From: Vicugna vicugna
Taxonomy: Eukaryota
DNA: 64,000 nucleotides
Direction: 5' to 3'
NCBI GenBank assembly: GCA_013265495.1
Contig: MU058636.1
Location: 868,001 to 932,000 of the forward strand
The notes under the pieces are model-generated. The model did not search any database. It was not told where the DNA came from and was given only the letters and a program-made list of their open reading frames with translations. A program made the position numbers and the translations under genes. Below, piece after piece: positions 54,068-64,000 of the stretch (positions within the stretch are counted from its first letter, which is position 1; the number at the start of each line of letters is the position of its first letter).

Positions 54068-56896
54068 TACGTGGTTTGATTGGAAATTAAACATGAAATC
54101 AATTCCGTGCTGAACATGAAGGAGCCTAAACGCCTTGAAGCAACCCTGGAGGCCAGTGTCACCTTCCTCCCCATTTCTCCTGCCCACCTCTCTCCGCCAC
54201 AGCCCAGATGCCAGTGGGACAGGTTCCCAATCTTGCTCCTGTCGTGGGAGTAAGGATATCCAGGGAGGGTACCTGCCACACACGTGTCTCTCTCTTCTAA
54301 CTCTTGTCTTTGTAAGCGGGCACAATACCTGACACTTTGTAAGCACTTAATATGTCCCATAAAGACAGAGTGAGCTCTTATGTGTATCCACGCTCACCAT
54401 GTGGGGGCCTCCGCCTCCCCGTCCCATTTAATGCTCACAACAACCCCAGGATGCAGACCCTATTTCCCTTCCCGTTTTCCAGATGCGGGAGCTGGTGCCT
54501 AAGAGGTGCACGTTTGGCCCGGACGCCCGGCTCCCCGGCAGAGCCAGCGTTCACATTTCACCTCATCTGTGTCTTTCCCTCCGCAGTGAGTCAGTGACAT
54601 CACGTTGTTCCATGAAGTCAATGGAAGGGGAGGGAGAGGGGGCAGCGGTCTTGGGAGAAAACGGACCCCGAGGATGGCAGAGCAGAGAGACCACGAAGCC
54701 GGGGGCTGGAGGTGGACCTACCACCCTGGAAGCCTGTCCCCTCTCTGGACTTTGAAGTTCCATAACCAATAAGTAGCCTTTCTCTGGAAGCCACGGGAGT
54801 TGGTTTGGGGCTACTTGCAATGGAAGGACTCTGACTGACGCACCGGGCAAGCTGGTCTGGGGTCCCTCTCCCTCTGCTGCCTCCGCCGCTTGCTCGTCAC
54901 TTACAGACGCTCTTCTTCTCTGAAGGAGCCTCTTCTTTAAGGAAAGGTTACTTGACATTGACCGTATACCAGCTGGAAGTCAGACTGTGTCAATAGATGA
55001 TGAAAAATGTGTCTGCATGATTTTGTTTCCGTGAATATGTTTTCTTTTCATCTTTTAACTTTGGTGTTTATCGCACGCTCCTAAGAGTTAATGGAACTGT
55101 CCAGCTCTTACAGGGAGGAAGCAGTGACACTTACTTCTTGGTGGCGCATTCACAGCAAGCATGCTCTCACAAAGCCCTTTCACACTCCCTTCCAAGCTCA
55201 TTTATTTCTTTGCGAGCCGCACAATCCCAGCCTTGTGGGACGAGTCCACCACGTTCAGACAGCAGAGACTGGCTTAGAAACGGTCTGTCTTTGTCCCAAG
55301 CCGAAGTCTCTTCTGCATGCTGGATGATGTCTAAATGACGCTCTTATCCTTAGACAGAACCCACTTTCTCAGCCCCAAGGACAGGAGGAAGCAGCCGTCT
55401 AAAGGGTTATCACACAGCCAGGTGAGTTGGGGCTCGGGAGTAAATGGTGTTGAATACTGAAAGGACTTGGTGTCGTGCCAACCTGTTTACTAAGGAGTTT
55501 GCTCGGCCCTGCCTGGGGAGGCGGAGAAGATTCCAAAGACTTCCAGATGGGGACATGAGGTCGCTCTAATTGTCCTGGCCAGGGAGAGGGGACAGTCATG
55601 AGGGAGCAGTGCCCAAGGTGCGTGCGACCTGGAGAAGACAGACTTGGGTGCGTGAAGGTCTGCCCAGCAACCCAGCCCTTGGGGAGGTGGAGCGCCCGGG
55701 GCTAGGGTACCTACAGAGGACTGATTTCCCTAGCGCTGCGGCTTAGATTTGCATAAGAACAAGGACAGCCAGTGAACGGGATGACAGGACCAGGCGTTTC
55801 AGGGAGGACAGGTACCCTGACGGAGTCTTGACGCAGAGGGCTGGCCCCGGCCCGTGGCATTCTGATGTGCCTGTACCCCTCCGGAGGACTGGGGGGGCCC
55901 TGGCCCCGCGGGTCAGCTGGGATTTCATGAGGCAAGTCCAGGCACCACTGTGATATTAGAGTCTCACAGGACCGCTCTTACAACTCCATTCATTCACTGA
56001 GGCCAGCCAGATGTCATATTAGGTTCCAAGGACTGATGAGAATAAGTGTGTGTGCTGGGTGGGTGGGGGAAGGTGGTCCACGTTGCAGGTCTACTAACAT
56101 TTTAAGTCTGCTAAACTAGCTTCTTACAGATGGAAATGTCATCTTTCCTTTCCTAGAATGAGAACTTTTGTAATTCAAAGTCACCCCATTTGAAAACACG
56201 GGGGAGCTCAAGAAACAGGCCCAGGGAGGGGCTGGGAAGCCTTAGAGCGGCTCCATCAGCTTCTGAGATGGTCCCATGGATGTGGCCAGACCCCGCCCAG
56301 GCCCGGAGAGCAGTGGGGCTGCGCACGGCCCCCACGCCCCCTTCCTGGTGTTTTCTGGGTAACTCTCTCCTGCGTGTCCTGCAGGATCTTGCTGAGGCCA
56401 CAGTCAGCCCAAACCTCTGGATGGAAGAGGGTGGGGACTCACTGGAGGAATTAGACATAACCTTGTGACAGTCATCTGGAGAGAGGCGGTCCCCAAACCA
56501 GGACTGGGACAGCGGGCCCTGCTGGCAAGGCCGGGCCTCTGGTCTCCGAGTCTCATTTACCAGGTGTGTGCACCGGGCCTGCGGGACCCCTGGCTTCAAC
56601 ATTATTTCCAAATAAATTACACCTTCAGCCCCAGAGAAAACTGCCGAGAGTGCAAGATGTTCATCCCACACCTTGAAATTGTGTCCCGTTCCCACACCGC
56701 ACACCTGCCGTGCTCTGGGAATTCATCTATGTTTTTTAAATGTAGCACATGATTCTGTGACAGGCACAGTTACACTCATTGTATCTGTGTGGGTGTGACC
56801 AACGTGTTAATTTGTTAAACCGTGAACAGTTAAAATACTCCAATATTTTTGTAACTGCTTTGGCATTCTCCCATTTAAAAAATGTATTAGGTGATT

Positions 56897-57052
56897 GTGG
56901 GGAGGGTGTAGCTCAGTGGTAGAGCACATGCTTAGCATGCACAAGGTCCTGGGTTCAATCGCCAGTACCTCCTCTAAAAATCAAACCTAGTTACCTACCC
57001 CCTGCCAAAATAAAATAATTAAATAATATAATAAAATTAAAAAAATTTTTTT
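56897..57052 (+). mobile_element. Vic-1-like SINE
   Basis: ggggagggtgtagctcagtggtagagcacatgcttagcatgcacaaggtcctgggttcaatc; TSD aat(g/c)tat(t/c)aggtgatt at 56881-56896 and 57053-57068. Confidence 0.92.
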
Positions 57053-58329
57053 AATCTATCAGGTGATTAAGTAAAAAGGCAAAAAACAAATTGGGACTGG
57101 ACTTTTTGAACCTCAGGGAGGCCCTGCCTGGCCTGGGTGTCAAGGTTCCCCCAGCTGGGGGGGGTGCCTTGCTTTTCTCAAAGCGTGGTCCCTAGGCTCG
57201 CACATCTGCTTCGCCTGAAACTTGCTGGAAACACAGAATGTGCCTGCCCACGGGGTCACTGGTGATCGCTGAGTGGCTGCAGGGAACCCAGGAGGAGATG
57301 CGCCGGGCGCCCCGGCGGCGCAGACGCGAGCGCAGCTTCCTCTGTGCGCTGCGCTCCCGCGCTGTTTGGGGTGGAGCGGCAGCACAGAGCCCCCCAGAGG
57401 AAGGTGAAGTTCACGGAGAACTGGGCCCCCAGCCCCAGCCCCTCCTCCCTCATTCACCGAAAAATAAACTCAGTTATCACCATCACATTTTAAATGTTGT
57501 CAATAGAAAATGCATGGAAATTTGCTTGCTCTCCTGTTTTACGAGTCAAATTCATAGAGACCGGAAGTAGATGGTGGTTGCCAGGGGCTGGAGGGAGGTG
57601 GGTGGGGCGTTGGGGCTTAATGAAGACTGGGTCATAGTTTTGCAAGAGACACTAAACTGGACAAGAGAGGCCAGACAGGAGCCGGGGGGAGTAGGGGAGG
57701 GGATGAATCATATTCCTAGTCTCCACCCCAAAGATCTGGGCTCTAGGCTGCACTCAGGAGCCTATATTTTAAATTCCCCAGTGATGCGTTGGATGTGCCA
57801 AGATTTGGGAGCCAGTGGCCTGAGCGGTCCATAAGCCAGAAATCAGCCCCGCACCCCAGCTGGAGTTACCTCCTCATAAAAAGTGGACGGATGGCTCAGG
57901 CTGCACAGAGCAGTGGAAAGAGCCCGGTCTGAGGGGAGGGGGACGGTGCTGACGCAGCCGTTAGTCTCGGAGGACTTCAGTTTTCTTATCTGTGAAATGA
58001 GAAAGTTGGACAAAATAATCTCGAGCCCTTTCCTGCTATGAATTTATCTGATTCTATGAGACTTGAATTTCTGATTATTCACTGAGGATAAGGGTATTTT
58101 TAAAGGAATGGGGATCGGTCCCCGCAGGGAGTGGTCACGTGTATGGTTTCTGCTCCTGATTCTAAGGAATTTCTCAAGACCCTCCGCGCAGCTCTCATAT
58201 CCCTTCCCTTCTGATCAGCGGGGCCCGTTACGCCAGGGACCAATGACCCACAGGCCTCTCACTCTCTGCAGCTCTCAGAAGCCTCTCCTCTGGTTTCTTG
58301 CTCTTTCTTTCCCTGGGAACACCGGGATT

Positions 58330-58502
58330 GCTGTTTGCAAACGCGGCTGTGTATTAGGATCACCGGGGAGGCTTTTATGAACTATTAATACTCGGGCTTT
58401 ACCCCGAGACAAGTGAATCAAAACCTTGGGGGTGAGGCAGAGGCATCTGCATTTTTAAAGCTCCGGGATGTTTATGATGCACAAGATGGTTGGCGCCAGC
58501 TC
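58330..58502. mobile_element. MER5-like hAT-Charlie element
   Basis: gtattaggatcaccggggagg...gaatcaaaacct...ggcatctgcatttttaaagctcc. Confidence 0.7.
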
Positions 58503-58899
58503 CCCAGGGCTGGTCTGAAAGCAGGGGTGACTGTGTCTCCAGCCAACTCTTTACCAAATAAAAGGGAGTGGAAGTGTAGGGCTGAATTTGCTCTGTGCCA
58601 GATCTTCTCTGCGTTGGCCTACATGCCAGCATTTCAGATCCACCAGATCAATATTTACAGGATCAGGCATCAAATGTCCGGCAGAGGTGAAGTGAAAAAG
58701 CCAGGCCAGCTGGCGCCACCACACACCCACTCGTTGCCCCCAGTCAGTCTCTTGTGGTTCAGTTTTCTCATTTGCAAAGTGAGGTCACCATTTCCCTCTG
58801 GTTGCTCGGTGGATCAAATGAGATTACATATGTGAATTGACTTTGGAACCTATAAAGTGCTATACAAATCAAATGGGTTGAAGCACCTTGCATGTAAAA

Positions 58900-60670
58900 G
58901 GAGTTCACATATTCATCTACAATTATGTCCATTCTTCTCAAATTAACATATAACATATACATAACATTTTTATGTATTCAAAACAATACCAATACCAGTC
59001 AAAATCCCAGCATGCTTTTTTTTTATTTAAATAGACATCAACAAGTTGGTTTTATAATTTGCATGGAAATGCAAAGGACCTTGAATAGTCAAAAGAGTTC
59101 TGAACAAGAACTACAGACTTGGAGGACCCACACTCCCTGGTTACAAGCAACAGAAATCAAGATAGTGTGGTATCAACTTAAAGACAGTCAAGTAGTTCAA
59201 TGAACTAGAGTAGTGATCTTCAGAATAGATCCACATATATATGGCCATTGAGTTTTTGAAAAAATTGCCATAACAGTTTAATGAAGAAGGATAATCTTTT
59301 AACAAATCATGCTGGAACAACTGGATAGCTATATATATATATATCTATATCTATATATATATATATCTTTACCTCATACCACTTATAAAAATTAACTTGA
59401 AATGGTACATGGATACAAATAAAAGATAAAAGAGTTGAAATTATAAAACTACTAGAAGAAAACAGAGGAGAAAGTTCTTAGTGACCTTAGGCTGGGCAAT
59501 GATTTATTAAATAGGACACAAAAGCAAAAACTAATCAGCTAGATTTCATAAAAATTTAAAACTTATGCTCTTCCAAAGATAGTGCTGAAAAATTAAAAAA
59601 CAAGTCACAGGCTGGGAGGAAGTATTTCTAAAACATGTGTCTGACAAAGGACTTATATCCACAATATGTAAAGAATGCCTACAGCTAAATACAAAGAAAA
59701 CAAACAACCCAACGTTTTAATAAAATGGGCAAAAGATTTACAATATGTTTATCAATGAAGATCTGAGTTTGGCAAATGAACATGTGAAAAGATGCTAACC
59801 TGATTAATCAGTGAGATACCCACTAGAATAGCTAAGATTAAAAAAAAATCCTTGGCAACAAGGACCTGCTGTATAGCTCAAGGAACTTAACTGAGTTTCT
59901 CGTAATGAGCCATAATGGAAACAAAACCGAAAATATACATATGTATGTATGTATATGTATAACTGAATCACTTTGCTGTATACCTGAAGCTAACATTGTA
60001 AACTGACTATACTTCAATTTAAAAAAAAGTCCTTGGGAAGGATCTGGAGTGACTGGAACCCCTGTGCATTGATGATCAGAGTGAAAAACGTTATGGTCAC
60101 TTAGGAAAACAATTCAGCAGTTTCTTGTAAAGTTAAACATGCACTTACCATAGGATCCAGGACCTCCACTCCTACCACATGTCCATGACAAATTGTACTC
60201 AAATGTTCTTATGAGTTTTGTTCATAGCAGCCCCAAACTGGAAATACCTCAAATGCTCATCCACCTGTGAATGGATAAATGAACTGTGGTATATCCATAC
60301 AATGGAATACTACTCAGGAAGAAAAAGGAATGAATCAGAGGCAAGTGCATTAGCATGGATGGATTGCTAAAATATTATACTAAGTGAAAGAAATCAGACA
60401 CAAATATACTATTTGACTTCACTTATGTGAAATCTACAAAAGGCAATACAGTAACAGAAAGCAGATCAAAGTTTGCCTTGGGTCAGGGGGTGGGAGAAGG
60501 GGAATGAATGTAGAGGGGCCAGAGGGAACTTCTGGAGAGATGGAAATATTCTGTCTCATGATTGTGATCATGTGCACAATGGTATACACTTGTCAGTACT
60601 CACTGAATTGTTTAATTAAAAATGGTAGCTTCACTGTATGTAGATTACATTTCAAGGATGCTGACAAAAA
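58900..60670 (+). mobile_element. Old L1 (L1MB/MC-like) ORF2 end and 3' UTR
   Basis: atggaaatgcaaaggacc...; aactactagaagaaaac; tctgacaaaggacttatatcca; atatccatacaatggaatactactcag. Confidence 0.88.
59856..60020 (+). mobile_element. Short younger L1 3' end nested in the older L1
   Basis: caacaaggacctgctgtatagc...tataactgaatcactttgctgtatacctgaa; TSD aaaaaaa(a/g)tccttgg at ~59841-59855 and ~60022-60036. Confidence 0.85.
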
Positions 60671-61893
60671 AATTACCCAAGTCTTCTTCCTGAGCTGTGC
60701 TGGGACGATCAGGATGAATCAGACGTGGTCACTGCCTGCAGGTGCCTGCAATTACAAAAATGAGTGCAAGAAAGTGTCAAGAGGGCTCTGATGGATATCT
60801 GTACACAGGATGGAGAGAGTTTGATTCCAGAGGAGGGAGCAGGCTAAAGAGTATTTGAGGCAAGTCTTGAAAGATAGCTAGCTAGCTATTTGCCAGGTGA
60901 TAAAGAAAAGAAATTCTAGGGATCAAGGTCTGGCACATAGTCAAGTCTCTGTCTGTATTAACCATCACTTTTATTGCTGTTTTTTAAAAAATGGATTTAT
61001 AAATTATCATTCAACCTAAACCTATTCAAACACAGATTTACACCTGTATAAACCAGGATTACCAAATTATTTAGTTCACAATAAGAATGGCAAAGAGATT
61101 AGACACCTGGTCACTCTCCCGACCTCCTCTCTGGGGACAGTGGCATGCACTTACTGAGAAATTCTCATCAACCACCTCTCATTTTTTTTAGATTCTGTTA
61201 TGACTATTATTCCTCTCTCTGCAATGTCATTCTAGCTTCTTTCCAGAGCATGTCACGTTTCCAAGTTAATTCACATTGAGCTGATAGTGAAAGTCACCTT
61301 AACTTAAACCCTTCAATCAAAGATGACCCGTCCCTGACCTTTTGAGTCCAAGATCTTGGGCTCCATCTTAACTTTGAGAACTTTGAGAAATCTCTCTCCC
61401 ATCCACTGACGACACTGTTTATCCTCAAAGAAGAGAAAAGCAGGTTTTTATTCATGGGCCAGATAACATATCACAGAGAGTTGCAAAGAATTCCCCTCTG
61501 GAAATCTCAGCAGTGGGGGGCCAAGTGTGTTAGTCAGAGACATCACTGATTTGAAGGAAATGGAAGCAAGTGTCCTCAGCTGCTCTGAGAATGTCTTTCC
61601 TGAGATACGTGTCTGGGAGTAGGGATGGCATTTCTAACGTTTGCTTGGGAGCCAGGGGGACTGCCGTCCTAAGTGAGGAAGCAGCTGGTAGCCCTTGCCT
61701 GCAGTCAGCCCTGCAATGGTGAGAAATTCCTGTATTTATTAATGCCCATGAGGGGACCTGAGAGATGTGATGTCCTTACTGAAGGCTGTTCAGTCACACC
61801 TGGGTCCTCACCCGCGGGCGGCCCAGCGTGTTCTATTCTGTTCTCTCTTGTCTCTGTTTTTCTTTCCTTATCTACCTCTTCCATGTACTTTCT

Positions 61894-61897
<4 letters not shown>

Positions 61898-61926
<29 letters not shown>
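61898..61926. repeat. (GT)n microsatellite
   Basis: Direct reading. Confidence 0.95.
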
Positions 61927-61928
<2 letters not shown>

Positions 61929-62225
61929 CCTACACAGAACACTTTAATAAAACCGACAATGAAGGTTAAATATATTTTAGGATAAGATGTACTTTTCTCA
62001 TAATTCCTTTTAAAATTAAATGAAAATTCTGAAAGGTCAAGGAATGTGTCATAAGAGTGTCAGGGAAGAGCAAATTTCAAATACTGTATCTGAGGAAAGA
62101 AACTTCCAGCTCATTTTTGAGGGTTACCGTCACCACTAACCAAGTTTCCAATCTTAGCCTCACAATCTGATGATTGTCTAGCTAAAATGTTCATTTTCTC
62201 CTAAGAAAAAAGAAACCAATGTCAC

Positions 62226-62350
62226 GGAGGAGGGTGTAGCTAGCTCAGTGGGATAGCGCATGCTCAGCATGCGCAAGGTCCTGGGTTCTATCCCCAGCGC
62301 CTCCATTAAAAAAGAAAGAAAGAAACCTAATTATCTCCCCCTGCTCCCCC
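62226..62350 (+). mobile_element. Vic-1-like SINE
   Basis: Head with a tagc duplication; TSD cca(a/g)tgtcac at 62216-62225 and 62351-62360. Confidence 0.88.
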
Positions 62351-62410
62351 CCAGTGTCACACTAGAGCCCAGTTACTCACCAAGGATATCTCCATTGGCC
62401 AGTGCAAGGA

Positions 62411-62412
<2 letters not shown>

Positions 62413-62445
<33 letters not shown>
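62413..62445. repeat. (CA)n microsatellite
   Basis: Direct reading. Confidence 0.95.
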
Positions 62446-62447
<2 letters not shown>

Positions 62448-63029
62448 AGAGTGTATTATCTCTGGGATCATGTTCACTCAGACCACAATGTGCCTTCCTG
62501 TCCAGCTCTTCTGGTTCTGGTTGATGGAGTTATTCTCATGGTAATGGGACTGAGGGGTCCTGCTAAACTCAGGGATTCCACCACAAGCCTTAACACTGGC
62601 AATGATTTCTAGGGCATGAGGCATGACAACCCAAAGAGAGACCACACCAGAGTGAAGGCATGGCTTTCCAGCTTCAATTAAAGGTATTTTCCCCTCAAGC
62701 ATAATTTTTTTCAGTTTGATCTAATTGCTTTCTTTGCTGAGATGGAGTTGATGCTTATTAGCTCACTCGCGGAGTCAGGTAGGTTAGGGGGGGTTTATTT
62801 AGTCCTTCATCTGAGTTCACATGATGATGCTTCCAAAACCTGGCCCTCACAATCCGGCATCCTCCGTAACCTCCGTATCCCTACCTGCCACAGCAACACT
62901 TGGGGCCTCGCTGAACCTTGGCGCCTCCCTTCCCCGGCCCACCTCCTGTCCCTCCACGTTAACCACTTCCAGTCTCTCCCTCCATCATGTTCATCTACCC
63001 AGCAGAGAAACACGATCACCATCTCCATC

Positions 63030-63230
63030 TTAACACTGGTGAAGCGTTTAGCTACTGGTTGGGTTTGTGGAGAGGAGGTGGGTGAGTGATTTGTAGCAGT
63101 TGCCAATTTCTGTGGTGTAAACATGCCCATGGTGGGGGTATTTCAAGCCAGTTGTAACAAGAAGCTTACAGAATTCCTGACAATTTAATAACCAGCTGTC
63201 CCCAAAGCAGGGGGCTCTGGATCATCACTG
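63030..63230 (-). mobile_element. MER63-like hAT-Blackjack element
   Basis: gatttgtagcagttgccaatttctgtggtgtaaa and gaattcctgacaatttaataa match recalled MER63 in reverse. Confidence 0.65.
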
Positions 63231-63549
63231 CACTCTTCCTGGAGTGATCTTTCCATAAGATGTTCCTGGAACCATCTTTCTCCTTCTCTTGGTGATGGAA
63301 CTTCTCAAAGGGCCACCTACAACCATCGCGTATACTTCCTAACTTAGTACTCTCCTGAAGTCTTTACTATCTGAGAGGTCTTATCTGGTCAAGATCATTA
63401 GTAATTTTTGTTGTTGTTATTACAAAAACAATCTGTGCAAAATCCAAAAGCAAAAGCAAAAGCAAAAAAAAAATACAGCAACAAAAATGGGATTTGAAAG
63501 AATTACCATTGATGAGCTTTAAGTTGCAAAGCTACCCTCTTGTTCTCCA

Positions 63550-64000
63550 TCGTCTTTGGTGTCTCTGCACCATTGGTCACTAGTGACCAGAGGTCACCTC
63601 CCTTTCTGCCAGGAGCTTTCTTTCTTTGGCCTCCTTGAAGCTGCCCTGCCCCATGCCTCTGCCTCTCTATCGTCTCCTTGGCTCCCACGTCTTCCTCCCC
63701 CTCCCCCTCCTCCACGATGTCCTCATCCCAAAGCTCTGTCCCCGGCCTTCTTTTCATCAGCTCCATCAACCCTGATGTCGGTGACTCACGAGCATCTCTT
63801 TCTATGTAGGACCTCTCTTCTGAGCTACAGTTCCTTTCTTCTGTAGGTCCTTTCTTCCCAGAATAGACGCCACCAGCTTGACTTCCTCATCTTCTTTGCA
63901 TTTCTCCTGTTTCTATTAAAGGGGCCTCCATCCCTCCAGTCTCTAAGGCTCCAGCATCATAGATGGGGTTCCTCTGTGCTCTTCACCCACATATCCTGCT
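63550..64000 (+). mobile_element. L2 fragment
   Basis: Pyrimidine-rich L2-type body (gacctctcttctgagctacag; ccatccctccagtc). Confidence 0.5.

Noticed and set aside
56897..56975. tRNA genes (A-box/B-box-like tagctcagtggtaga ... ggttcaatc)
   Set aside because: These are SINE heads with A-rich tails and TSDs, not standalone tRNA genes.

Overview
Mammalian genomic DNA. Seven copies of a Vic-1-like tRNA-derived SINE suggest a camelid. The + strand carries the last 11 exons of CDK8 (human exons 3-13; 2364-42547), which splice into one open frame of 1191 nt (396 aa plus stop), followed by a ~1.2-kb 3' UTR with tandem AATAAA signals. Exons 1-2 lie upstream of the window. The rest is intronic or intergenic, with L1, L2, MIR, Tigger/hAT transposons and ERV-L remnants. 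No second gene or RNA gene was recognised. Most notable: (1) the exon-7 acceptor reads AT instead of AG, and the next AG would delete the conserved kinase motif DIWAI in frame; (2) a polyadenylated, TSD-flanked non-L1 insert sits inside an old L1; (3) a strong local GC/CpG shift covers the CDK8 3' end and old repeats; (4) there are candidate cryptic exons and a structured CpG-rich element in introns 4 and 6. I found no convincing wholly new biological system. Repeat family names and human comparisons come from recall, not database searches, and repeat boundaries are approximate.
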